A DNA stretch of 64,000 bases from Anaerolineae bacterium (GTDB taxonomy: Bacteria > Chloroflexota > Anaerolineae > B4-G1 > SLSP01). Shown here in pieces: positions 22,522 through 33,000 of the stretch. The notes below the pieces were generated by a model, which saw nothing but the letters and a program-made list of their open reading frames with translations, made no database searches and was not told the DNA's origin. The position numbers were made by a program, and so were the translations under genes. The DNA is taken from NCBI GenBank assembly GCA_026645815.1, contig JAPKMR010000007.1:25317-89316 (forward strand). Direction: 5' to 3'. The first letter of the stretch is position 1; every line of letters starts with the position of its first letter.

Positions 22522-23499
22522 CTATGCGGGCCAGATTTTTCGACCGCCCCCGATGGGGACGATAGCATCAATGGTTGCCAGTTCTGCTGCGCCCAATGGC
22601 GGCAGCAGCCCGGCGCGCAGGTTAGCTTCCATTTGTGCCACATTTTTGATGCCGGGAATCACTGTGGTCACCGCAGGATGCGCCAGCGTGAATTGAAGCG
22701 CCAGCTCCGCCAGCGTACGTTCTTGCGCTAACGGGCGCAGGGCTTCCACTTTCCCTAAGTCGTCCAGGAACGTTTGGTATTCCTCAGGGTTTTCATGCCA
22801 GCGTGCGCGGAAATCTCCCGCACCAAAACGCGTGTGAGAGGTGAATTTGCCGGTGAGGATTCCCATAGCAAGCGCGCCTCGCACAATCACGCCGATATCG
22901 TGCGTCTGGCAATAGGGCAGGATGTCTTTTTCAGAAGTGCGATTGAGGATACTGTAATCAATTTGGAGTGTAGCGCAGTTGCCATCGGCAGCGAAGGCTT
23001 GCAGATACTCGTAGTCGCTTGTGCTCACGCCGTAGGCGCGCACTTTGCCATCCTGTTGTAGGCGGTAAAAGCCTTCCAGGAAGATTTCCATTGTGGGATC
23101 GCGAAAATCAATGTGGCTCTGGATGATGTCCACGTAGTCTGTATTGAGGCGGCGCAGGTTACTCTCGACCCCTGCGATGAGGCTATCAACTGTGGTGTAG
23201 GCGCTTTGCCCTCGTTCTCCATCAAAGCCAATCCAACCGATCTTCGTGGCCACAATGAATTTCTCTCTGCGTCCTTGCATGGCTCGTCCGAGCAATATCT
23301 CACTGTGCCCATTACCGTATACATCAGCAGTATCGAAAAAGTTGATTTTGGCTTCGAGGGCATAATCTACAGCAGCTAGTATTTGAGCATCATCTGTGGG
23401 ACCCCACTCACTACCGCCAGCTGCCCATAGCCCCATGCCGACCTCGCTCACGAACAGGTCGCTTTTTCCAAGGCGACGGTATTTCAATTCACTCAACAT
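22522..23499 (-). CDS. Aldo/keto reductase
   Basis: YRRLGKS, FFDTADVYGNGHSE, VATK, LRRLNTDYVD, VIPG; ATG at 23499 overlaps the murI end. Confidence 0.92.
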   Translation of the reverse strand: MLSELKYRRLGKSDLFVSEVGMGLWAAGGSEWGPTDDAQILAAVDYALEAKINFFDTADVYGNGHSEILLGRAMQGRREKFIVATKIGWIGFDGERGQSAYTTVDSLIAGVESNLRRLNTDYVDIIQSHIDFRDPTMEIFLEGFYRLQQDGKVRAYGVSTSDYEYLQAFAADGNCATLQIDYSILNRTSEKDILPYCQTHDIGVIVRGALAMGILTGKFTSHTRFGAGDFRARWHENPEEYQTFLDDLGKVEALRPLAQERTLAELALQFTLAHPAVTTVIPGIKNVAQMEANLRAGLLPPLGAAELATIDAIVPIGGGRKIWPA

Positions 23500-24358
23500 C
23501 GTTTTCTCCTTTGATGGTCTGAAGGTCATTTCCGCGCCAGACTACAGGTTGGATGGTTCCTTCGAAGCCAACCAACCGGTGTGCCAGACCTCTCAATACC
23601 TCGGGTGAGCCTGAGGTAAAGAAGGTGTGTTTTGTGCCAACATTTGCCGGGGCACATAAACTCTGATGTTCTAATACCCGCGCGGTTTGCCGTGCTACTG
23701 CTGGTGCTGGATCAACCAGGGTGACGTTTGGGCCAGTGATGCGGATAATGGTCTCTGCAAGAAAAGGGTAGTGTGTGCATCCCAGCACCAGATGGTCCGC
23801 GCCAGCTTGCAACAGCGGATTGAGGCATTCGCGCAGCGTTGCCTCGGTTTCTGGTGTGTCCAATTCCCCGCGCTCTACTAGATCTACCAGCCCAGGGCAA
23901 AATTGCGTTTCTAGTCGAACGCCGGTGGCAAAACGTTCCACCAAGCTGTGGAAGAGTTCGCCCTGAAAGGTGGCTTGCGTCGCAATGACGGCAATCACGC
24001 CACTTTGGGTATTTTCTGCCGCAGGTTTGACTGCCGGTTCCATGCCCACAAATGCCAGGCCCGGGAAAGAGTCGCGCAGGGTGCGGAGAGCTGCCCCGGA
24101 GGCAGTATTACACGCGACTACAATAATCTTGGCGCCTTGAGCCAGGAGAAACCGCGTAATGCCCTTTGCGTATTCGCGCACCTCCGCCAGCGAGCGTATG
24201 CCATAGGGAACGTGTCCCTGGTCGGCAACGTAGAGCGTGCTTTCGTGGGGGAGTTGTCTGGCAATCTCCCTCCACACGGAAAGCCCCCCGACACCAGAAT
24301 CGAAGATGCCGATGGGACTTTCCGGGCTGAGGTTGAAGGGTAATCTTGCTTCTGTCAT
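23489..24358 (-). CDS. murI: Glutamate racemase
   Basis: FDSGVGGLSV, VACNTAS, LGCTHYP. Confidence 0.96.
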   Translation of the reverse strand: MTEARLPFNLSPESPIGIFDSGVGGLSVWREIARQLPHESTLYVADQGHVPYGIRSLAEVREYAKGITRFLLAQGAKIIVVACNTASGAALRTLRDSFPGLAFVGMEPAVKPAAENTQSGVIAVIATQATFQGELFHSLVERFATGVRLETQFCPGLVDLVERGELDTPETEATLRECLNPLLQAGADHLVLGCTHYPFLAETIIRITGPNVTLVDPAPAVARQTARVLEHQSLCAPANVGTKHTFFTSGSPEVLRGLAHRLVGFEGTIQPVVWRGNDLQTIKGENDVE

Positions 24359-24369
24359 CCAGACGCGGT

Positions 24370-26475
24370 TTAGTCCGAGCTAGTTAGGGAGATTTGATAG
24401 GGCGCAAGTTCTGTTGTCACGGGCGCTAGTGCTGATATCGCCAAAACGACCCGATCATTTGCGCTGCTGAGTGGCAACTCCCATTGACCAGTGCTGGTAT
24501 CCCAACGCACCAGGGGTGTTACCGTAATGCCATCACGTCCAAAGGTTACTGCCTGCAGCAGCCATTCCTGGGGCAAGACATTTGCATGTCGCACGAAACC
24601 TTCGGCGATCCACTCCGAGTCCTCAGATTCCGCGTCGTCCATAAATTGCTCGACGCCATTGACCATCAGGCGGATGTCATCGAGGGCAAATCCCGATTGA
24701 TTTACTGCAGCATCGGTAATGTATTCGAAGCGTACGGCGATAGTTTTGCCCGCATAAGCGGAAAGATCAATGGCGCGTTCAACCCAACCGTTGCTTTTCC
24801 CGGTTAGACCGCATCCGTAATTATTCCCATTGGGGTTGCTGCGCGTGCAGCGCAAGCTCGGATCCTCCACCAGATGCCATTGAATTGCAGGCGAGCTCAG
24901 GTCTTCGGGAAGACTGCCATCTGCGGTGTAGCCTACCGCCACATAAGCATAATCCCATTCATCTTCAATGTGATACCAGGCCTGGAACGATAGTTCGGCG
25001 GTGCGCGCCTCACTCAGATTCAGAATCCGGGTCAATCTGGTGTCTGATTCATCTTCGCGGTTGGACCACCAGAGATACTTCCCACTGTAAGCATCGGTAT
25101 CGAGCAGCTTCACCTGCGTTGTGCCGGTAAAATTGATCACTATGGGTTGGTCGCCATTGATTTCGACATAATCTACGCCATATTGGCTGACCGTGCCGTT
25201 GATGGAAACCGGGGCGCCTCTAAAGGTCACTGTGTCGCTGGTATCAGGAGTGATAGGATTGATCTGGCTATAGCCATAACGCCCATCCTCCAATTCGGTG
25301 TCGTCCAGCAGGTTAGCTACTGTCCAATCAGCGAACAGGTCTTTGTGGTCCAGGTTTAGACCCAGATTGTCCTGCAATACCAGGTCCACGCTTTCCATGC
25401 CATTTTGGGTGTGACCGACTAACGCCTTGGTTGCTTCTTCCCCGAAACGGTCCAGGAAGTACTCCATGAACAGATAAGCGGCGCCATAGTGCGGTGAGGT
25501 GTCATCTTCCTCAGGCCACGTGGTGAGCTGTGTGTCCGGTTGCACCATATAGGCATAGTCGCTACCGCCGACATCGTAAACCCCGCTGCGCCGATACGAT
25601 CGTTCATTGAGCGCCATCGCCATTTCAGAACAACCCTCGTTGAGCCAGGTGCTCTCGTTGCGATCGCGATACCAGTGAATCATATGCTGGAATTCGTGCG
25701 CCAATACACCGTTGTAGAAAGCATCATTAACATTCACGTTCTCCAAATTGATGTAGAACATCTCCATCTGGTTGGAATCCGGGCGCACGGCTTGTACATA
25801 TTGGTCGGTGCTGGAGAAATATCCCGCGATGTTGTATCCCAAGCCATTCGCATGAAGGATATTCAGGTGGGGATCGCCGTCAATGCCAGGGTTAGGTTCG
25901 CCGCCGTAGAATTCGCGGTTGGTTGGGTAAGTATGGGTTTCGAAGAGCTCGGCAGCTTCTTCAATCTCCTTACGATTGAAACGTGCGTCTTTCTCAACCC
26001 ACATGTACACATGATCGGTTTTGTACGCCAGCACTGCGGTAATCTCGAATTGTTGTTCGGTATCGAGGTTGTGAGCATTGAAGGTGCGTTCTGTTCCCAC
26101 AGGATAATCAGGATTTGTAGTGCTGGCGACACGAGAGGTTTCCGCCGGCACCCCCAGGTATAGAACGCCAAGTTCGTGCATGTCAGAAACTGGGATCTCG
26201 CTTTCCAAAATGGCGTTCAGCGTCTCCAGCGCTTCATTGGGCAGCGGTTCCACCACGATGGGCGTTTGGGGAAGTGGTTCGGGTGTGATTCTCCCATCAA
26301 GGCCTGGTTCAAGCGTTGGCCATTCGATTTCGGGCCCATCTACCGGGTTGGTGCTGCCTTCTAGTGTTGCCCACCACAATACGCCACCAACACAACAGCA
26401 ACACGTGCATAGCAGTACCAGAACCAATATGGCAATGATGGCATACAGCAGCCGACGGTCCTGTTTCTCGTTCAT
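24370..26475 (-). CDS. Membrane-anchored zinc metallopeptidase, immune-inhibitor-A/M30-like
   Basis: HEFQH + NEGCSE zinc motif; C-terminal InhA-type beta-sandwich (DLSAYAGK, FEYITD); N-terminal TM. Confidence 0.8.
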   Translation of the reverse strand: MNEKQDRRLLYAIIAILVLVLLCTCCCCVGGVLWWATLEGSTNPVDGPEIEWPTLEPGLDGRITPEPLPQTPIVVEPLPNEALETLNAILESEIPVSDMHELGVLYLGVPAETSRVASTTNPDYPVGTERTFNAHNLDTEQQFEITAVLAYKTDHVYMWVEKDARFNRKEIEEAAELFETHTYPTNREFYGGEPNPGIDGDPHLNILHANGLGYNIAGYFSSTDQYVQAVRPDSNQMEMFYINLENVNVNDAFYNGVLAHEFQHMIHWYRDRNESTWLNEGCSEMAMALNERSYRRSGVYDVGGSDYAYMVQPDTQLTTWPEEDDTSPHYGAAYLFMEYFLDRFGEEATKALVGHTQNGMESVDLVLQDNLGLNLDHKDLFADWTVANLLDDTELEDGRYGYSQINPITPDTSDTVTFRGAPVSINGTVSQYGVDYVEINGDQPIVINFTGTTQVKLLDTDAYSGKYLWWSNREDESDTRLTRILNLSEARTAELSFQAWYHIEDEWDYAYVAVGYTADGSLPEDLSSPAIQWHLVEDPSLRCTRSNPNGNNYGCGLTGKSNGWVERAIDLSAYAGKTIAVRFEYITDAAVNQSGFALDDIRLMVNGVEQFMDDAESEDSEWIAEGFVRHANVLPQEWLLQAVTFGRDGITVTPLVRWDTSTGQWELPLSSANDRVVLAISALAPVTTELAPYQISLTSSD

Positions 26476-26555
26476 GTACGGATCCTTTCGATATGTTCTC
26501 TGAACCTGAACTCATTATAGGCGAGCATTTCAGGAAAGCAATTCAGTGGGGTATA

Positions 26556-26712
26556 GGGCATTCGTAGCAGGTGAAAGGGCTTCTGCGTCCCCTATGAGGC
26601 TTGCAGTGCAAATCAGTTGCTTCGCCAACCCCGGGCGAATGCCTTGCTCGCGCTTCAGCGGCATTGTGCGAGGCGTAGCGTGATTTCGGTCAGCGACCTG
26701 CTACGAATGCCC
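26556..26712. mobile_element. 157-bp non-coding element with perfect 17-bp terminal inverted repeats (MITE-like or structured RNA)
   Basis: GGGCATTCGTAGCAGGT(26556-26572) / ACCTGCTACGAATGCCC(26696-26712); a second, degenerate copy at 60838-60892. Confidence 0.6.
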
Positions 26713-26799
26713 ATTTTTGTTTCGAATTGACCTCAAGTCGAAAGCTTTTATACTGGATGCAGTATAAAACGTTCCAGGGTTCTTTCTTGAGGAGGTGTG

Positions 26800-27054
26800 A
26801 TGATGGTTACACGATCCTGGCCTCGAGTGATTGTCTTCTCTACACCCACCTGTCCCTATTGCCAGGCAGCCAAGAAATACTTGCAGCAGCGTGGCGTGCC
26901 CTTTGAGGATGAGGACGTCTCCCGGAATATCATTGCTGCGCAGTACATGGTGCAGCGCAGTGGGCAGCAAGGAGTACCAGTTATCCAGGTAGGTGGAGAG
27001 ATTGTTATCGGTTTTGACCGCGCCCGGTTGGATGCGCTGCTGGGATTGAAGTGA
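26800..27054 (+). CDS. Glutaredoxin-like protein (NrdH/YruB type)
   Basis: CPYC, SGQQGVPVI, IGFD. Confidence 0.9.
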   Translation: MMVTRSWPRVIVFSTPTCPYCQAAKKYLQQRGVPFEDEDVSRNIIAAQYMVQRSGQQGVPVIQVGGEIVIGFDRARLDALLGLK

Positions 27055-27177
27055 GTGTGCGTTCGACAGACCCGCGAAATGCGTTATAATTCCGCGCGTA
27101 GTCTATTCTGCAATCTCGGTTGGTTATAGATTGCAATAAACGAATCCGCGCGGTATGGATCTTGACGAGGAGATTCC

Positions 27178-27660
27178 ATGGAAAGTGTTTTGATTCCCTG
27201 GGTGATTGCTTCGACGCTGCTGCTGTTTGTGGCAGCCTATTGGATTTACACATTGGAGAAGCGCTTTAACGGCTTGGAGAAACAGTACAAGCGTTTATTG
27301 ACCCTCTCTGAAAGCAGTGACCAGGCCACGTTGGCAGATTTTCTTCACCGACTCGAGGAACACGACACCCGTATACAGACAGCTGAGGGCGCACTTTCGC
27401 AAATACAGGGCATTCTGCCGCATACAATTCAGGGCTATGGTGTGCAACGTTATCAGGGATTCGCCAACGTTGGCGGTGATCAGAGTTTCTCCATCGCTCT
27501 GGTAGATGGTCGTGGCAGTGGCTTTCTGTTATCTGGCCTGCATGGGCGGGATGAGACTCGCGTATATGCCAAACCGCTGGTACAATGGCGCGCCTCCTAC
27601 ACGCTGGGCGCCGAGGAGCAGGCGGTCCTGGCTCTTGCTCGTAAGATGACTGAGGCTTAA
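27178..27660 (+). CDS. DUF4446-family membrane-anchored protein
   Basis: N-terminal TM, coiled coil, RY..F...GGDQSFSIALVD, R..TRVYAKP. Confidence 0.8.
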   Translation: MESVLIPWVIASTLLLFVAAYWIYTLEKRFNGLEKQYKRLLTLSESSDQATLADFLHRLEEHDTRIQTAEGALSQIQGILPHTIQGYGVQRYQGFANVGGDQSFSIALVDGRGSGFLLSGLHGRDETRVYAKPLVQWRASYTLGAEEQAVLALARKMTEA

Positions 27661-27707
27661 GAAGTTTCTGTACGATGAGAATCTGAACAGTAACCTCAAA
27701 ACGGGTT

Positions 27708-27736
27708 TTGACATTTTCCGCAAGTGTAAGTATGAT
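27708..27736 (+). promoter_or_regulatory. Sigma70-type promoter for bactofilin
   Basis: TTGACA-17 bp-TATGAT. Confidence 0.65.
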
Positions 27737-27809
27737 GGGGTGTAGTTTGCGCAGCAGTTGCTGTGCGTAGTATGTCTAAATCGAGTTAGCATTTATCAGG
27801 AGGATTTCC

Positions 27810-28280
27810 ATGTGGGGTAAGGAAAAAACGCGAGATGAGGAGGTTGTGGCGACGCCAGTCGCGGCTGCTACACGGCAGCCTGCTGCTGCCTCCAAACCCA
27901 TTGAGACCACCATCGGTCCGAATACCCATTTCAAAGGCGATATCCAGGGGGATGGTAGCCTGCGAGTTGAAGGTGTGGTTGAGGGCACTATTTCAACTAC
28001 GGGCAATTTGGTCATCACCGAGAGTGCTAAGGTACTCGCAGAAGTCAAGGCCGCCAATGTGTCCGTAGCCGGCGCGGTGAAAGGTAATATCCACGCGAAT
28101 CGCGTTGAGGTTTTGGCGACTGGTCGCGTGTGGGGTGATTTGACTGTCAAGGTCATGCTCACCAATGAAGGCGCTTATGTAAGCGGGCAGATTATCATGC
28201 CGAAGGATGTCAAACCGCCACAGTTGGAGCCGGAGCCAGCAAAGCCGGCAGTCCCGGCGCCAGCACCAGCAGCTAAGTAG
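27810..28280 (+). CDS. Bactofilin (polymer-forming cytoskeletal protein)
   Basis: TTIGPNTHFKGDI...LRVEGVVEGTI...V.GAVKGNI beta-helix repeats. Confidence 0.92.
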   Translation: MWGKEKTRDEEVVATPVAAATRQPAAASKPIETTIGPNTHFKGDIQGDGSLRVEGVVEGTISTTGNLVITESAKVLAEVKAANVSVAGAVKGNIHANRVEVLATGRVWGDLTVKVMLTNEGAYVSGQIIMPKDVKPPQLEPEPAKPAVPAPAPAAK

Positions 28281-28402
28281 GTAGGTTATCCGCGCCGCCC
28301 TCCGGTAAATCTGTTCCGGGGGGCGGTTTGCTTTGCCCCTTAGAGAATTGCCGCGCGCCCGATGGTTGTTAAAAGCATCGCTGCGCGTATTTTGTTCCCC
28401 GT

Positions 28403-29854
28403 TTAGGCATGTGTGATGCGCGCCTGCAACACTGTGGCTCCTACCATAAGGGTTTCTCCACTGAGTGCGATGAGGGCTAGCGGCAGAAGCTCTACCTGCC
28501 CCCCGAGCGTTGCCTGCCATGCCGCAACCAGGGCGTAGATACCCAACAGCATTTCTCCTAGTGTGGAACGGTCTGGTTTGAGGCTATAACGTGCGTGTCG
28601 CCAGCGTCCGGTCCGGGCTTGAAGGTTGAATTTGGGTGTGCGATGAAATGGCCCGCCCCAATGTGTTAAGCCGTCCAGGAGCGCGAGTGTATTACTCCAC
28701 GCCAGCCCCATTCCCAGCGCCATCAATACCGGATAGGCGAGGATGCGCCGGGGCCAGTCTCGATAAAGCGTTATCTGTCCCAGGAAATAGAGCAGTGGTG
28801 GAACGGCGATGATCGCCCCCAGAATGCCGCTCAGCGCTGGCAGTGATGGGGGATAGAGTGTCATGGGCAGCAAGAGTATCATCAGCGCCAGAAACAACGG
28901 CTGTGTGAAATAACCACTCAGGTGCAGGAGCGCCATGATCTTTTGCGCCAGATTGAGACGTGATGAGCACGCGATGGGCCTGGCAAGCTTTCGCAGGCAT
29001 TGCACTGCGCCCTTTGCCCACCGGTATTGTTGTTGCTTGAATGCCGCGACCAGTGGGGGAAGCTCTGCTGCTGCGGTCACTCCCGGTAGATAGCGGACAC
29101 GCCACCCCTTAAGCTGCGCGCGATAGCTCAAATCCAGGTCTTCCGCAACCGTATCGAATTGCCAACCGCCCGCATCTTCAATCGCGTTTTTACGCCAGAT
29201 GCCTGCGGTCCCGTTGAAGTTCATTAAGAGGCCACTGCGATTGCGGGCGATATGTTCGATAGCGAAGTGTGCGTCGAGAGCCAGAGCTTGCGCTCTGGTG
29301 ATGGGCGAATACTCCGCGTTGAGATGGCTCCAGCGTGCCTGTACCATAGCCAAATGAGGCTCAGCAAGCAGATGCGGAACGGTGTGCTTGAGGAAATCCG
29401 GTTTCGGGTAGAAATCCGCGTCGAAAAGTGCGATGATTTCACCGTGTGCCTGTTGTAATCCCGCTGCCAACGCACCTGCTTTGTAGCCGGTGAGATGGTC
29501 GCGATGCAACAGTGTGATTGTATAGCCCTGGGCACGCAAGCGCGCACATTCGGCTTCGGCCAAAGCCGTTGTCTCGTCGTTAGAATCATCGAGAACCTGT
29601 ATCTCCAGTTGCTTTTGAGGCCACTCCAGAGCGGCAATGGCCTGTAGCACGCGTTGCACAACATAGCGCTCATTGCGCAGGGGAACTTGCACGGTGACTA
29701 CCGGCAAGCTCGATTCGGGCGGCAATGTTGGCGCCGGTTCTGAATCATTGCGGTGTTTGAAATACAGAGCAATCAGGATGACGATGTGTGTGGCATAGAT
29801 TGCTAACATTGCCAGCACTGCTGTATAGAAATATCCAATGATTGTGTTTATCAT
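28403..29854 (-). CDS. GT2 glycosyltransferase, cellulose-synthase-like (CslA/mannan synthase-like)
   Basis: VLDDS, GYKAGAL, FDADF, EDLDLS, QQYRWAKG (QxxRW). Confidence 0.9.
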   Translation of the reverse strand: MINTIIGYFYTAVLAMLAIYATHIVILIALYFKHRNDSEPAPTLPPESSLPVVTVQVPLRNERYVVQRVLQAIAALEWPQKQLEIQVLDDSNDETTALAEAECARLRAQGYTITLLHRDHLTGYKAGALAAGLQQAHGEIIALFDADFYPKPDFLKHTVPHLLAEPHLAMVQARWSHLNAEYSPITRAQALALDAHFAIEHIARNRSGLLMNFNGTAGIWRKNAIEDAGGWQFDTVAEDLDLSYRAQLKGWRVRYLPGVTAAAELPPLVAAFKQQQYRWAKGAVQCLRKLARPIACSSRLNLAQKIMALLHLSGYFTQPLFLALMILLLPMTLYPPSLPALSGILGAIIAVPPLLYFLGQITLYRDWPRRILAYPVLMALGMGLAWSNTLALLDGLTHWGGPFHRTPKFNLQARTGRWRHARYSLKPDRSTLGEMLLGIYALVAAWQATLGGQVELLPLALIALSGETLMVGATVLQARITHA

Positions 29855-30033
29855 ATCGAGGATTATACCTGAAGTACGTATTTCGTTTCAGGTTTGGCAG
29901 GGCGATGTAGGTTGGGTGACTGCATGACTAATCTGCTATTTGTTTGCAGTTGTGTGGGCGTGGGCATTTCTGTCTGGCTGTAGCTGTGATAAGATACTGT
30001 TTTGTAACTTCAGAGTGCTTCAGGAGGTGGGGC

Positions 30034-33000
30034 GTGGAAATTCTGCATCGTGGCAAAACCCTGTTACTGGTTCTTGTTCTGTGTTTCACTTTTATCAGCC
30101 CGTTTCCCAATCCCGGCAACGCGGTTGTGGCTGCGGCGCCAAATGCTGATTATACCCTGACCTTGGGCGGTGTGGCATTTGATCCGTTAGTTTCTCAGCC
30201 AGCTTTGCCTTTGGCGTGGCGTCAGTCTTCTACGCCCGGACCTGATTTGCACCTGGTGCAATTCTCCGGTCCAACTCGGGAGCTCTGGATGGAGACGTTA
30301 GCGAAAGTTGGATTGGAAATTGTGCAGTATATTCACCCTTTCACATACGTGGTGTGGGGTGATTCTGCGGCAATGAGCCTGGTGTCTGAATTGGACTATG
30401 TGCGCTGGACCGGTCCTTTCTTGCCTGCCTATCGCGTCTTACCGCAATGGCGCACCCTGGATGCGACGGCGCGCGCTTTCGAGGTGATGGTTTATCGCAC
30501 CGCCGGACGGGCTTCTGTGTTGAGCAGCCTCACGGCGCTGGGGGCGCAGTTGCAGGAGGCTATTGACTTAGGGTACGGTTTCGATGGGCTGGCTGTGACG
30601 CTATCTGGCGAGCGATTGTTGGAGGCGGCGCGAATTCCTGGCGTTTATACCATACAGCCCATCTCCACTGAGCGCGCTACGCGTGGCGAGATGAGCAGTC
30701 AGGTCAATGTCAACAATGTGGATCAGAATAACCAGGCCTTCACGGGTTACCGTACCTGGTTGACGAGTGTGGGACTTGATGGGACTGGCGTTGTCATTGC
30801 CAACGTGGATAGCGGGATTCAAGAATCGCATCCTGATCTTATCCACCGGATGCAAACCTGTGTTGGGACAACTTGCGGCAATACAGCTTCAAGCAGTCAT
30901 GGAACGCATACTGCTGGCATTATGGCGGCGGATGGGAGCTCGGGGGTCGTTGATAGCCGGGGTTTCCTGCGTGGCTTAGGCGTTGCCCCTGGCGCCAACC
31001 TTGTGGAGCAGGTTTATAGCAGCTACAATCTCACATTGTTGATCAAGGATTCCTCCACCAATGGGGCGCTCATCTCCGGCAATAGCTGGGGACCCGCGAG
31101 TACGCCGCAGGGCTATGATGCGGATACGCGTGAGGTGGATGTGGGTGTGCGTGACGCGAACCTGACGCTTGCGGGCAACCAACCGCTGAATTATGTGCTT
31201 TCGATTATGAATGGCGATGGTGGAACGAGCTCGCAGGGAAGTCCTGATGAGGGCAAGAATATCTTTACCATTGGCTCAACTAAAATGCAGACATCGAGCG
31301 GCTCTCAGGAACTGGCAATTAACGATGTTTCCAGCAACTCGGCGCATGGTCCTGCCCTGGATGGGCGCAAGATTCCGCACATGGTTGCACCGGGCTGTTA
31401 TGTAGACTCAACTGTGCCCACCAACTCCTATGGCACCATGTGTGGCACGAGTATGTCTTCTCCCCAAGTGAGTGGTGCGGCAGCGCTCTTTATTCAATAC
31501 TACCGGGGCTTGTTCGGTGTAGACCCAAGTCCAGCGTTGCTCAAGGCGGCTTTCTTGCCGGTTGCGCATGATCTGGCGGGTTTCCATGACGCAGATGGTG
31601 GTGTTTTGGGGCATCCCTTCGATAGCAAGCAGGGGTGGGGGCGCATGGATTTGGAAGCGGTTGTGGACCCTGCATTGCCGGTGTTGTACTTCGACAACCC
31701 ACAGATTTTCGATGCTACGGGCGAAATTTGGGAACAGAGTTTTGGTGCAGCAGATCCCACGCAACCCGTACGTTTGATGCTGGTGTGGACGGATGCCCCC
31801 GGTCATGGTCTGGGTGGCGCTACGCCCGCCTGGGTCAGCGACCTCAATCTGGAAGTGAGTGCTGATGGCAATACCTACCGCGGCAATGCTTTCAACGCGA
31901 GCGGGTGGTCGCAATCAGGGGGCACTGCGGATGGTATGAACAACACGGAGGGCATTTTCCTGGGACCAACGGCGCCCGAGACTTTTACCGTGCGCGTGAG
32001 TGCTGCCAACATCGCCGGCGATGGTGTGCCGAACTCTGGTGATGCAACCGATCAGGATTTTGCGTTGGTTTGTTATAACTGCTTGCAGCAAGCGGATTTC
32101 ACCTTGGTGGTTGAGCCACAATCAACGGCAGTGTGTGCACCGGGTGTCATCACCGCGACCATCTCTTTAGGACAATTGCTGGGATATGCGGAGGATGTTT
32201 CCTTGAATGTGCAGGCGCCGCCTGCGGTGTCAGCGATTTTCTCTCCCACGGTGGTGACTGTGCCCGGTGAAGCACTTCTGACACTGGATGTGAGTGCTGA
32301 GGCGATCGCCGGGCAGGTGACCTTGCTCATTTCGGCTACAGCAGAAATAACAAAAGTGCATACAGCGGAGCTATCATTGTTGGTTAACACCTGTGCCCCT
32401 GATGCGCCGGTGCTATTGACGCCTTCTGATGGCGCTGTGGCGCAACCCTTTGATAGTCTGACTCTTGCTTGGCAGGTACAGCCGCTCTCTACTGGTTATC
32501 GCGTGCAGGTGGCTCGTAGCCCGCTTTTTGCTGCCCCATTTGTAGATGCGCCGGTGGCTACTGCGGCATATTCCGACTCTGTGACTCTGGAGAGCGGCAC
32601 CTGTTACTGGTGGCGCGCGCAGGGTGAAAACGCTTGTAGTAGCAGTCCGTGGGCTGAGCCTTTCCATTTTGCGACTGCCGCGTTGGGGATTGGCCTTGCC
32701 GATGACATGGAATCTGGCGACGGCAATTGGAGCGAGGAGGTCGCTGTCGGCAGTGCTACTTGGGGGCTTTCAACAGCACAATCGTATAGCCCAACGCGTG
32801 CCTGGTTTGTGCCTGATGCAGCTGTCCCGACCGACAGTCGTTTATGGAACACGGTTGCCGTTCCAGTCGGCGCCGGCAGTACGCTAAGCTTTTGGCATCG
32901 CTATCAATTCGAGGGGAGTGACCCGTACGCTTGGGATGGCGCCGTGCTGGAGATTTCCACGGATGGAGGTCTACATTGGGATGATTTGGGCCCAGCTATC

